Positions 38,546 through 51,510 of a stretch of DNA of 64,000 bases are shown one piece after another. The stretch covers positions 15,839,658 to 15,903,657 of the forward strand of contig NC_069005.1 in NCBI RefSeq assembly GCF_001194135.2, given 5' to 3'. Positions within the stretch are counted from its first letter, which is position 1. Each line of letters begins with the position of its first letter. This stretch comes from Octopus bimaculoides. Taxonomy: Eukaryota. The notes under the pieces were generated by a model. It was not told the origin of the DNA. It searched no databases and worked only from the letters and a program-made list of their open reading frames with translations. Position numbers and translations under genes: made by a program.

Positions 38546-39279
38546 GTCGATCATTTTGAATTATTGGTACTAACTATCCAATGGGCTTCTACATAGTTTC
38601 CATCTAATCAGTTTCACTCACAAGGCTTGAATCAATCTGAAGTTATTGCAAAAGACACTATGCAATGGGATTGAACATGGGGCTTTGTTTTGGAGAACAA
38701 ACTGCTTAATCACTCTGTCATGTTGAATTTGGTATGTGTTATGCTTCAAAATAGTATAAAATAATGCATTTTCTTTACTATATTTATAAATTTTCTTCCA
38801 ACATATTTCAAGTTGAAAATTATTGTTTGTTAAAGAAGAATAAATATCAATTCATACAGAAGACAGTGATTTGGTGCAGTGTATGTGTGTGTGTATCCAT
38901 GTCTATATGCAGTATTTGTATGTCAGTGTGTGTGTCTGTATGTGTGTGTCTATATACGTGTCAGTATGTGTGCATTTATATGAGTGTCTGTACATGTGTC
39001 AATATGTGTGTGTGGAGGAGACATGGGTACATGTGTAGATGGATAGGCATGCTTGTGTGTATACATTGTATGTGTGTGCATATGTGTGTGTAGCTGAAGA
39101 TATGGATATAGGTGTAGAAGGGTAAGTGTGCATATGTGTGACAGTATGTGTGTGTGTGTGATACAGAATGTGTATGTGAATGTGTGTGCATGCGCTTATG
39201 CATCTGCATGCATGCACGAGTGTAAGTTTCAGGAACTTTATATCCTAAATAGTCAGTGATCAATAACATTCATTGATTT

Positions 39280-40090
39280 ATAGTGTGAAAGAGGGAGGGA
39301 GAAAAGTGTGTTCAGCCGATAGGTTTCATCTTGTTAGTACAATGAGAAAACATTATGTCAGTGGAATAAGGAAGGATAAGGGTGAGAGGGAAGGCAGGAG
39401 GGGATGAAGGGAGCCACAAATAAGAGAATGAGAGGGAAAGTAGGTGTGAATGAGGGCAATGGTGAAAAATGAAGAAACATAGAGGGAAAGGTGGGGGTGG
39501 GGAAGTGGGGTTGGGGAAGTGAGGGATGAGAATTGGGAAAATAAATCAAGTGAATGAGGGGGGAAATAAGAATGAAGGGAGAAGGGAGAAGAATGAGAGA
39601 GAAAATTAATGAGATGGGAGAAGGAAATGGAAAAGAAAGAGAAAATTAAGAGAAAAGTTAGAAGGAAAGATGAGAGGCGATAATAAGGAAAGGTAGAGGT
39701 AAGAAATATTTAGAAAGAGACATGGTGCTGAGAGAAAGAGGGGGTGGAGAGAGACAAAAAGAGAGAGAGGGAGGGAGAGAGAAGACAGAAAGTGAGGGAG
39801 AGGGAGAAAGGTGGAGGGAGAGAGGAGCTATGGAGGAAAGACTGAGACAAAAATGAGAAAAGGGGAGGATGAAGAAAAAAGGAGACAATGAAAGTGTCAA
39901 AGATGAATACAGTTTTAAGGAGAGGGAGAAGATAGAGTTGAAAGGAAAACAAAGTAGGAAGGAGAGTAATGAAACAAACAGAACCTGGAAAGGAGGGCAA
40001 GGAGACAAACAGAACTTGAGAAGGAGAGCAAAGAGGGAGACTTTAGAGCAATATCTAAGGAAACAAGAAAGAAGATCTTCCTATCAAAAA
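39280..40090. repeat. Polypurine low-complexity tract; another at 52040-52400 includes gggaaaagaagagaaagaaga x4
   Basis: Composition is directly visible. Confidence 0.9.
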
Positions 40091-40256
40091 ATTTAGTGGA
40101 AATCTAGATAATCAGGACAACTAGTCTAGCCTTGACTCCAAAGAAGAGGGTAAAAGGTTCAATTCCTGTTCTATACAGAAATTTCTTCAGTTCCTTTTTT
40201 TTTTATACTACATTACATTTTTATCTTGTGTTTTTTGTGTGTTTTGCCAATGGCAG

Positions 40257-40352
40257 CAGGAATTGCAGAAAAAGAGTGCAGCAAGCTTTAAACAGTGATT
40301 CCTGCAGAGTTTTGTTGCCCATTTGTGCACACAATGGGAAAGAGATCCAGGT
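40257..40352 (+). CDS. Possible internal exon (RNCRKRVQQALNSDSCRVLLPICAHNGKEIQ)
   Basis: Long T-rich acceptor ending ggcag/cag; donor GT|gtaaga or CAG|gtgtaa; one open frame. Confidence 0.3.
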
Positions 40353-42290
40353 GTAAGAAGGGTGATTGGATTGGATATGTAAGCAATTACCACATCGCCA
40401 TTAACTCAAATATGTTAAATATATATATATATATATATATATANNNNNNNNNNNNNNNNNNNNNNNNNNNNNNNNNNNNNNNNNNNNNNNNNNNNNNNNN
40501 NNNNNNNNNNNNNNNNNNNNNNNNNNNNNNNNNNNNNNNNNNNNNNNNNNNNNNNNNNNNNNNNNNNNNNNNNNNNNNNNNNNNNNNNNNNNNNNNNNNN
40601 NNNNNNNNNNNNNNNNNNNNNNNNNNNNNNNNTATTATTATTAAAGGTGGCAAGCTGGCAGAATCGTTAGCATGGGGCGGGGGGGGGGCAAAATGCTTAG
40701 CAACATTTCATCCATCTTTACATTCTGAGTTCAAATTCTGCTGAGGTCAACTTTACCTTTCATCCTTTTAGGGTCGATGAAATAAGTATAAGCTACACAC
40801 TGGGGTCGATGTTATCAACTAGCCCCCTCCCCACCCCAAATTTCAGGCCTTGTGCCTATAGTAGAAAAGATAATTAATTATTATTATCATTATTATTATT
40901 ATTATCATAGTGGTGTGTGGAACATAAATCAACATGAAATTTTGATCACTTTAAAACTGAAAGCTTGTATCATAGATACCAAGAAAAGTTTTGGGTGGGG
41001 TGGGCTGGTATCAAAATGATGACAACACTTTACATTACATATTGATTAATATTATCAATGTTTTCAATAAAGATTTTTCATAAACAGACATCAACCATTC
41101 AATTTAAAGTTTGAATTTTAAGATATTATAGTTATGTCGCTTGCTTTGTTTTGGATGTATTATTGTTTTCTGAAGCTGTGCAGACAAATATTTATTTTAA
41201 AATAATTAAGATATTTAATTTAAAGTAAATTATTTGTACTTTGTGTTTACATTCATTATTATTTCTTTATTCTCTGTGATTTATAAATTAATAGAATTTA
41301 ATTAAGAAAATGTTTGGAAGACAAATTTCAGTTGAATGTCTTCATATACCCAAAAATATTAATAGACTAGTGTAAATTAATTTTAATTCTCTCATTAATC
41401 AATCATTACTGAACTTTATGTCTTTATTGATATTTGAAATAAGAGACCCCTTACTTGAAAAACAGGTAAGAGTTGGCAACAGGTAAGGCATCTGGGTATA
41501 AAACAATTCCTCAATAATGTATTCGTCTAACCCACACAGGCATAGAAAAACAGACAGAAAAATGAATAAAAATAGATGAAAACAAAACAGTTTGGATGTG
41601 GTTTAGTTGTGGGTGCCAGCCAACCCAGTGCCACTATGGTGTATGTACCATCATTATCATCAGATTGGGTGACTTACTCACTTGGACCCAATAAGTCATA
41701 TCGATAGCTGAACGTCTCAGAGTATGCCTGTCTATTCTCATATTCACAGTAGGCTTCTACTTATATGCTAATTAACCCACAGCTGGTATCCTGACAGGCA
41801 CTACTACTCCGGGTGAGAGTGGACCTAGGGACAACAATGGTAGTTCCACATGTCTCAAAACACTGCAACTCCCAAACCAGGGCCACCACTACTGGATGCA
41901 GTTTTAAGTCATACCTATATTTTATAAGGTACATGGCTTAGTGGTTAAGGTACTCAGCTCACAATCATAAACACATGAGTTCGATTCCTGGCAGCATGTC
42001 ATGTCCTTGAGCAAGAGATTTTATTTCACGTTGCTCCAGTCAACTCATCTGGCAAAAATGAGTAGTACCAGTAATTGAAACGGGTCCAGCCTTGTCACAT
42101 TCTGGATTACTGGAGAGTTCATTGCCATCACTGTAAAGAAAATTATGTGAAGAAAATTACAGAGGGAGGGGGAGCGCTGCACTTATCACTGCTTAGCACT
42201 CCTCCTCCTCCATAATTTACTCCTGATGAGCTGCTGTATAGTGCTACCAGTCATTGTACAGTGACTGGAAAAGCATAAGAGAGGTAATCT

Positions 42291-42401
42291 CTCAATTCAG
42301 CTTGTAGCATTGGCTGCCTAGTGTCTGTGACCGATGAGGAGATAACTACTCCAAAATGCTAGCATCTCACAATCTAGGTAGATGGTGCTGTGAGCTGATT
42401 T
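42291..42401 (+). ncRNA. Type I hammerhead variant atop a long stem
   Basis: tgtga-CCGATGA-ggag ataacta ctcc-AAAA-tgctagca-TC-tcaca; helix I extends about 30 bp further. Confidence 0.6.
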
Positions 42402-42609
42402 AGGAGTATACACACCATTTGTCAACAAACAAGCTTCTCCAAGACAAAATGTAGTGAGTAGCTTGTTCCCCAGTTTGAATGTGTATCAAGCGTATTCAGA
42501 TTGATAACAACATTGCAACTGCAAAGAAAGTTTCCTATCCATTGATTAGACACATTAGAGTTCGAAAATAAGTTGGTTTTTATTATTCTTTTACTGTGAA
42601 CTTATCTCT

Positions 42610-42830
42610 CCGTAAACTTTCCTCACAGTGAACATTCCTTACAAAATTCCCTGTGGTGAATTAAAGACGGCAAACTTTCCCTGCGGTGAATTGACAACAG
42701 TGAACTTTCCCTGCAATGAATTAACGACGGCGAACTTTCCTGCAGGGAATTGATGACAGTGATTTGTCCTTGCAGTGAATTGATGATGGTGAACTTTCCC
42801 TGTGGTGAATTGATGACAGTGAACTTACTG
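42610..42830. repeat. ~30-bp minisatellite, about seven units
   Basis: Approximate consensus gaactttccctgcggtgaattgatgacagt. Confidence 0.85.
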
Positions 42831-45004
42831 GACATGCACATTCTGAATCTCCCTGAGAACTACCTTAGGTGTACGTGAGTCTGTGGGGTGCTCAGCCACT
42901 TGCACACTAATTTCACAAGCAGGCTGTTCCATTGATCAAACCAGCTGGAACACTTTTCATCAGAACTTATGGAGAATCAGGCCATATTTATATGACATAA
43001 AAACAAAAATACAGGTGGGAATATGTTGAGTGAATTTTCCATCTAACGTTATGCTGCTATGATCTTTGTAGGTATAATCCATTAAATTTATAGCATTTTC
43101 ATTATTTGTAGGACAAGTGGCAGATAAAATATAGAACAAAATTATAGACATAATTTATTACAGAAACAAAATATAGATATGTATAGGCACAGATGTGTTT
43201 GTGTGGTGAAAAGCTTGCTTCCCACCACATAGTTCCAAGTTCAGTCCCACTGTGCACATTGGTAATGGGTCTTCTATAGCCTTGAGCCAACCAAAGTTTT
43301 CTGAGTAGATTCAGTAGACAGAAACTGCAGAAAACTCACACAGAGCAAGAGAACATAGCTAGCCTTCAAACCAACAAGAAGGACTATTTTGCATTCAAGT
43401 GAGACATCCATTTCATCTTTCAAACATGTACCAGAGCTCCTAAATGAGGATGCTGAATTAGTAATGTCTAATGATGGAGAATGTAACATTGATTTCCTTT
43501 TCAATGATTTAACCAACTTGAACTGAGTGACCTCATCAGGGAACTGAACCTGTTGATGGAATCTTAAGAATTGTTGGCCTTTAGGTTAAATGAAAAGCAT
43601 ATGTAACTTCATTCTGGGTAAAGACCCACTCCGGTCATGAATGACCATGGGATTGCACCTAGAAAGTTACCCACTGAGGTACAAGTCTGGGCAAGGTTGT
43701 TTGTGGAAGATCAGCAATCGCCCATGCATACCAGCCTCCTCTCTCCACACCATTAGTGTTAACCAAGGGAAAGGCAAAGGCCAATACAGCTTGGTATCAG
43801 TGACATGGCAACTCATTTCTACAACTGAGTGAACTGGAGCAACATGAAATAAAGTGTCTTGCTCAAGAACACAACACACAACCTGGTCCAGGAATCAAAC
43901 TCACTACTTCATGATTATGAGCCTGATGCTCTAATCACTGAGCCACGTGCCTTCATAACTTCATTCTAGAACCAAGATGATTTTGTATTTCTCTCAGACG
44001 CCTGTTAGGTAAGCATAAATTTCCATTTCCTCCACAGTCATTTAAGACACTTGGTTATATTTAAGTGTAAAACAAGGAGAAAGATTTCAACAGAAGATAA
44101 CAGCAGAAGCAAGGTACCACGGAAAGTAAAATACACACATAATGGTAGATGACAGCTGGAACATTCAGTAAGATTCCCCTGGCAAGTCCCTTGGTAGAAA
44201 GTATTATAAATGAGGCTACTTATGTATTGAAAAATAACAGATCAGTTTGTCTTGGTATATGTAGACTGTGTAAGCATGGTTGTGTGGTAGGAAGTTTGCT
44301 TCTCAACCACATGGTTTGGGGGTTCAGTCCCACTGCATGGCAACTTGGGCAAATGTCTTGTGAGTAGATTTGGTAAACAGAAACTGAAAGAAGCCCATAC
44401 GTGTGTGAGTGTGTGTGTGCTTTATTGTCTCCTTACCTTGAAATTGCATTATATTTATAAATGAGTGCCACCATAATGTAAGCAGTGTCCTTGGTATCCA
44501 ATCTTCCATGAAAAACAGGTCTGGGCATGGGGAAAAATGACCTTATTTGGAAAAGGCAAGGGTTGGCAACAAGAAGGGCAACCAGCTATAGAAAATCTGC
44601 CTCAACAATTTCCATCCAACCCTTATAAATGCATAGAAAAGTGGATGTTAAAAGGAAGATGATGAGTATGAATTATTAACTATTCTAATGAAGTGCACTC
44701 TGAGCTTTAATCCTGAAATAAATATGTGGTGGTCGGTTTTGATAACATGTAATATATTCATAGCATTAATGTTATTTTCTTTCAAAACAGCAGATCCTTA
44801 ATTAATGAGTGCTGATAGGGAAAACTGATACTGTTTTTTAAATCAGCATCTGCAATATCCCTGAGAATAAGTTTAACTTCTAAGGCACAAAAATGTGTGT
44901 TGGCTAATTTTATCTCCTTTTTTTTTCTTCTTAATTCTATATTGCACATATTGATTACTTAATCCTGGGATCAGATGGACAGCCATGAAGCAACTGGCAG
45001 ATCT

Positions 45005-45540
45005 CTGTTATGCAGATGACATAGGACTGCTATCACATTAGCCACTTGGAGAGGCAGTCCAAGGTCATGAAGTTACCAAAGAGGCAATGAAAACACACCT
45101 CTGAGTGAACCAGAACAAAATGGAAGTTTTGAGGCTGAACACCTGTGAGCAGGAACCAATTCAAATTGGCACCGAAGCTCTTCCAGAGACCAAATTGTTT
45201 GTGTATCTAGGCAGCATTATCTCAAAGATAGGTGGAAGAGAGGAGGATGTGAGATTCAGGATTGGCAAGGCCTGGTATGCTTTCAACAGTCTTCGACTCG
45301 TCTGGAACCCCAAAGCCATCTCACTCAAAACAAAACTCAACATCCTCAATTCCAGTATCAAGGCCATTCTTCTTTACAGGTCAGAAACTTGGACGGTCAC
45401 CAAAGCCATAAAGAATAAGCTACAGACCTTCGTCAACAAATATCTGCACTACAGCATCAAGATCTGTTGGGTGGATAAAATTTCAAATGGAAAGAGACTG
45501 CCAAGCAGCACAGCAAGACAAGTCAGAGCGATAACCTGAA
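45005..45540 (+). mobile_element. RTE-clade LINE RT fragment (second family)
   Basis: YADDIG near 45009; FVYLGSIIS...RIGKAWYAFNSL...KAILLYRSETW. Confidence 0.85.
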
Positions 45541-46943
45541 GGAAAGAGGAAAGTTGGATGGCCTAAGAAGGCCTGGAAAAGATTNNNNNNNNNNNNNNNN
45601 NNNGGGGGGGGGGGGGGAGAAGAAAACAAAATCAGTCTCTGTTGGTCTAAAATCAAGGAAGTGGCCCAAGATCACAAATGAAGATAATCAATTCATCCTC
45701 CCAAGGCAGATTTTCAAAGAAATGATAGATTATTGAACTTGTAACAGTATTTAATTACATTCATTTACCATGTGAACACAAATGCTGGCTTCTTGCCTTC
45801 TTCCTGGTCGATTCAATCCATATTATCAACCCTTCAAATTGGTAAAGTTTTTCTCAACAGGGATCTTGCGCAATGTAAGAAATTTCTTTTATGTCTTTAT
45901 TTTTATGTTAGAGATTGATTCCAAGGAAAAGCTAGTTGTTCCTCATATTTGTTTTTTTTTTTTTATGCAGGCATTTGCTGATTTGCAGACATGAAAAATT
46001 CTTCCAAATGAGGATTGAGGAAAAAAGGAAAAGGTTAAAAGAGATGTGGTCGTAAAGTTAGGTCAATAAATTGAACTAGATTTTTAAAACTGAGGAACCA
46101 AATCTATTGTTAGAATCAAATGAAAAGGACTGGCTAAACAGCAATGTTCTGATAGCATGGGAAATGATATCGTGTGTGTGTGTGTGTATGTGTGTGCATG
46201 TGTGAGAGTGTATTTGTGCATGCAGGTACACAAAGATCTTCTGCATCTGTTCTTCTGTGCTGGCATATGTTGGATGGGTACTTATTTTGAGACAGTATTT
46301 TACAACAGTGATGACACATGGCTAAGTTGTTAAGGTATTAGGCTCATGATCGTAACGTCATGAGTTCAATACCTGGCGGTGCATTGTGTATTTGAGCAAG
46401 GCACTTTATTTTATGTCACTCCAGTCCACTCAGCTGACAAGAATGAGTTGTACCTGTAATTCAAAGGGCCAGCCTTGTCACATTCTGTGTCATGCTGAAT
46501 CTCCCTGAGAACTACATTAAGGGTACACATGTCTGTGGAGTGCTCAGTCACTTGTACATTAATTCCACAAGCAGGTTCTTCCACTTATCGGACCAAGTGG
46601 AACCCTTACCATAACCGACAGTGCCAGAAATTTGACAACCAGATGCTCTTTCCTATGCTAACATTTACCTGTGTTGCAAATACGTGTTTTTTTGTTGTTT
46701 TATTACTATTATTATTATCATTATTATTACTAGGGAAGCTGGCAGAAACGTTAGCACGCCGGACGAAATGCTTAGCGGTATTTCATCTGTCTTTACCATT
46801 CTGAGTTCAAATTCTGCCGAGGTCAACTTTGCCTTTCATCCTTTCGAGGTCGATATATTAAGTACCAGTTGTGTACTGGGGTTGATCTAATCGACTGGCC
46901 CCCCTTCCCCAAAATTTCGGGCCTTGTGCCAAGAATAGAAAAG

Positions 46944-46995
<52 letters not shown>

Positions 46996-47419
46996 CACTA
47001 CTTCCGGAAAACATGTGGCCTAATAGTTAGAATGTTGCACTCACGATTGCAAGATTGTGGTTTTGATTTCCAGAGTAGCCACCAGTGCATTGTACTCTTG
47101 AGCAAAACACTTCATTTCACGTTGCTCCAGTCCACTAAGCTGTAAATGAGTAACCCTGCAACAGACTGGCATCCCATTAAGAGAGAATGTTGTGATCCTG
47201 GTTACTTATATGTCATGGACAGCAGGTAACTGGCCCTTTAAATGAAGCCTGCAACTTGACATAATATGGACTTATAATAATCACGAGTGCAGAGCTATGG
47301 GACATAATATACACCAGAAGTATAAACACAACACCACTAACTTTTTCATCCCCTTAGATGATTCCATGCAAAAGACAACTTCTCACACACATGTGAGCAT
47401 GTACACACACACACACACA

Positions 47420-47762
47420 TCTGTATAGTAAAAAGTTTGCTTCCCAACCACATGACTCTGGGTTCAGTCCCACTGAATGGCACCTTCGGCAAGTGTCCTC
47501 TACTGTAGCCTAGGACCAACCAAAGCTCTGTAAGTGGGTTTGGCAGATGGAAACTGAAAGAAGCCTGTCATACACACACACACGTGTCTTAGTATATGCG
47601 TTTGTCCTCCACTGCTTGATAACTGGTGCTGGTGTATTTATGTCCCTGTAACTTAGTGGTTTGGCAAGAGTGATCAACAGAATAATTATCAGGCTTCTTG
47701 AAGGCAGTGTCCCAGCATGGCTGCAGTCTAATAACTGAAACAAGTAAAAGATAAAAGATATG
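47420..47762 (+). mobile_element. SINE family A
   Basis: Matches the family A body and tail (gaaacaagtaaaagataaaaga). Confidence 0.9.
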
Positions 47763-48392
47763 TTGTTTCACCAGAAGTGATAAATTACAGGACTCTATAC
47801 TTAAGAGTCAAGTATTCTCTTTTTTAATACATTATAACTGAAAGACTCCCAATTCTCTGAGTCACATGTTTTTGATCATTGGTAATCCAAGCCTGTTTTT
47901 CCTTTGAAAATTTGAAATATTTTGCTGTCTGAATATATTTTCAAAATATTATTTGAAAGTTATGAAGAAAACACTTTATATANNNNNNNNNNNNNNNNNN
48001 NNNNNNNNNNNNNNNNNNNNNNNNNNNNNNNNNNNNNNNNNNNNNNNNNNNNNNNNNNNNNNNNNNNNNNNNNNNNNNNNNNNNNNNNNNNNNNNNNNNN
48101 NNNNNNNNNNNNNNNNNNNNNNNNNNNNNNNNNNNNNNNNNNNNNNNNNNNNNNNNNNNNNNNNNNNNNNNNNNNNNNNNNNNNNNNNNNNNNNNNNNNN
48201 NNNNNNNNNNNNNNNNNNNNNNNNNNNNNNNNNNNNNNNNNNNNNNNNNNNNNNNNNNNNNNNNNNNNNNNNNNNNNNNNNNNNNNNNNNNNNNNNNNNN
48301 NNNNNNNNNNNNNNNNNNNNNNNNNNNNNNNNNNNNNNNNNNNNNNNNNNNNNNNNNNNNNNNNNNNNNNNNNNNNNNNNNNNNNNNNNNNN

Positions 48393-48453
<61 letters not shown>

Positions 48454-49027
48454 TCAGCCAAATTAAATCAAGAGGTAGACAGAAAGCAAAAACATCACAC
48501 TAAACTTTCCATTTTCCAATTTAAATATAGAAACTAGAAATATGTGACAGAAAATAAGGGAGGAAAGAAATAAAAACCTAAAATAGAATGACAAATAACT
48601 TTTTAAAATTTAAAATAGATTATAAATCAAAAAATCTTATTATTTAATGGTTTCATAGCATATATTGTGTTAACACGAGTTAAAAGAATTTTTATTTAAA
48701 AAATTTTTTTGTATTATATTACGTATTGGTGAAAGTCTTCGACTGCAGTGAATATACTACTGCTTAATATTAATTTATTGTGACTTGGTACAGGCTAATA
48801 TTTATTGGAGAAAGGTATAGTTAATTGAATCAAGAAAGAATGTGATGTTGGAAGTGACAGCAAGAACACTAAATTTGCAAAAGCCTCAAAGCTAACAACA
48901 GCATTTTGAAAAAAAAAATTCATACTGGAAAGAAATCTACTAGCAACATGTTATATTGCTTCTACTATCTTCAAAATGCTTTACTTAAGAAAATTCGCCT
49001 CCTACCTTTGTTTTTCTTTTTCCCCTT

Positions 49028-49810
49028 AAAACTACATATTGTATTTAACAGCCAATAAAACAGTGATTGCTATGCTGTATCTCTAATTTTGTATTAACTC
49101 TAACATTTTTATTTATATTATAAATCCATTTAAAAGAACTTTTGAGACTGAAAAAAATTCATCTTAAATCTCCAGAGTTGCCAAAAGTGTCAGAATAAAA
49201 ATGAATATAAAATAAAAATTAAAAAAAAGACCCACATTGCAGTATTTCTCCAGTCATTTACGCTTTGAGTTCAAATTCCACTAAGGTAAACTTTTAGCAT
49301 TCATTCCTTTAGGATCGATAAAATTAAGTATCAGTCAAGAGCTTTTCCTTAAAACTATACATTGTGCATTTAACAGTCAATAAAACAGTGTTTGATATAC
49401 TGTGTCTCTAATTTTGAATTTACTCCAACACTTTTATTCCACTTTATAAATCCATTTAAAAGAGCTTCTGAGACTGAAAAAATTCATCTTAAATCTTCAA
49501 AGTTGCCAAAAGTGTCAGAATAAAAATGAATACAAAACAATCTTTTTAAAAAAAAGACCCAAATTACAGTATATATTGAGCTTCTGAGACTGAAAAAAAA
49601 TTCTGACAACAACATCTAAAATCTCCAAAATTGCCAGAAATGTCAGAATGGCACCTGAACACTGTACACAAGTTCATTATATATTATAAGTATGAAAAAT
49701 ATTTTTAAGAAGACCTGCATAGTAGTATTTCTCCAGTTGTTTACATTCTGAGTTCAAATTCCACCAAGACTGACTTTTGACATTCAATCCTTTAGGGCCA
49801 ATAAAATAAA
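49028..49810. repeat. ~2.5 tandem copies of a ~320-bp unit ending in a SINE B half
   Basis: gagactgaaaaaaattc...gttgccaaaagtgtcagaataaaaatgaata repeats at about 49145 and 49470, with a partial copy at 49588. Confidence 0.8.
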
Positions 49811-50825
49811 GTATCAGTCAATGGTATTGACTTATACCACTCCCCTCAAAATTATAGGCTTTGCACCTAAGTTAGTGACCAATATCGAACAAGTTTATTG
49901 GAGACCATTAATGTAAGTAAGCTTTCATTTTGTAATGTTAATAGCATTGATAATAAACTAAAATGCTTATCTATGAAAAGGCTAAGCATGTCTAAATGAA
50001 CCTCTGGTCAATATGTAAAGTTGTGTAAGCTAAAGAACAGCTACTGGATTCCTCTATTCAGTTTCTGTAAGCTAGAGAACACCTGCTGGATCTTTCTGTT
50101 CAATTTAAGAATTATTTCTGATATACTTAACAGCAGCAGTAACAAAGGTTAACACTAAGACCTCAAGAATTAACTTAGCAAATACTGCAGATAATTTATT
50201 CATCTGGTGAGTAGGATTAGAAGATTGTGTTCAGCTGGTCTATGACAAAGTAAAAAGTATCAAAACTTCAAGTATTTTAAAACTATGTCATGACTGTTTA
50301 GATACAGAAGCAGGTGTGGCTTCCCAATTACATGGTTTCAGGTTCAACCCCACTGCATGACACCTTGGGCAAGTGTCTTCTGCTATAGTCTTGGCCCCCA
50401 CCAAAGCCTTGTGAGTGAATTTGGGAGATGAAAACTGAAAGAAGCTTGGGAAGATTAGCCGTGAATGGCCTTCCAAAACCATGGGTAAAACTCTGAGAAA
50501 GAACAGTGGAACTGTGACTGCAGATGATAATAATGATAGAAGAGGATATATGATATGTTCTTGATCATGCTTGATGCAAACTGAAGATTATGACAACGAC
50601 CCCAATATTACATTGAGAAAGGATTCTGACCATCCCCAAATGACTAAAAGTGGACTGACGCATTGCTATAAAACAAAGAACTGTGAGCAACTGACAGTAA
50701 TCAGTTCAGTGTGAGCCATTGGTAGAGAGCATTTAACCTCATTTAATAGAAATCATAGTGAATCATGTGAATACTTTCTTTCCCCCTGCTTCATTGAATT
50801 ATATATCCAACACTAGAATATAAAA

Positions 50826-51510
50826 TACTAGTTTCAAATTTTGGCACAAGGCCAGTAATTTCAGGGGAGGGGGTAAGTAGATTATATTGCCCCCCTCAGT
50901 TCTTAACTGGTACTTATTTTATTGACCCTGAAATGATGAAAGACAAAGTTGGCTTTGGTGGAATTTGAACTCAGAATATATGTAAAAACAGATGAAATGC
51001 CACTAAGCCTGGTGTGTTAATGATTCTACCAGCTTGCCACCTCAATGATATCTAAATATTAATTACAAATTTTGGGACAAGGCTAGCAATTACAGGGGAT
51101 GGCATAATTCGATTATACTAACCCCAGTACTCAACTTATTTTATCAACCCTGAAAGGATGAAAGGCAAGGTTAGCCTCAGTGGAATTTGAACTCAGAACA
51201 TAAAGATGGACGAAATGTTATGAACCATTTTAACCAGCATGCTAATGATTCTACCAGCTTACACCTTGATGATGTCTGAATACTAGTTTCAAATTTTTGC
51301 ACACGGTCAGCAATTTTGTGGGAGGGGAGTAAGTCAATTACATCAACACCTGTGCTTGGCTGATACTTATTTTATCGACCCTGAAAGAATGAAAGGCAAA
51401 GTCAGCCTTAGCAGAATTTGAACTCAGAACATAAAGATGGGCAAAATGTCAAGAAGCATTTTACCCAGTATGCTAATGATTCTACCAGCTCATCACCTTG
51501 ATGATGTCCA
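50826..51510 (-). mobile_element. Three head-to-tail SINE B copies
   Basis: Units start at about 50826, 51058 and 51281 (tactagtttcaaattttggcac / ttacaaattttgggac). Confidence 0.9.

Noticed and set aside
38084-38596. 170-aa plus ORF and antisense 67-aa ORF in a CpG-rich patch
   Set aside because: A chimera of RTE-tail repeats and a Gypsy integrase C-terminal fragment.
42221-42282. CTGATGA...ccagtca/tgactgg hairpin...GAAA
   Set aside because: Helix II does not close on the core, and helices I and III are mismatched.
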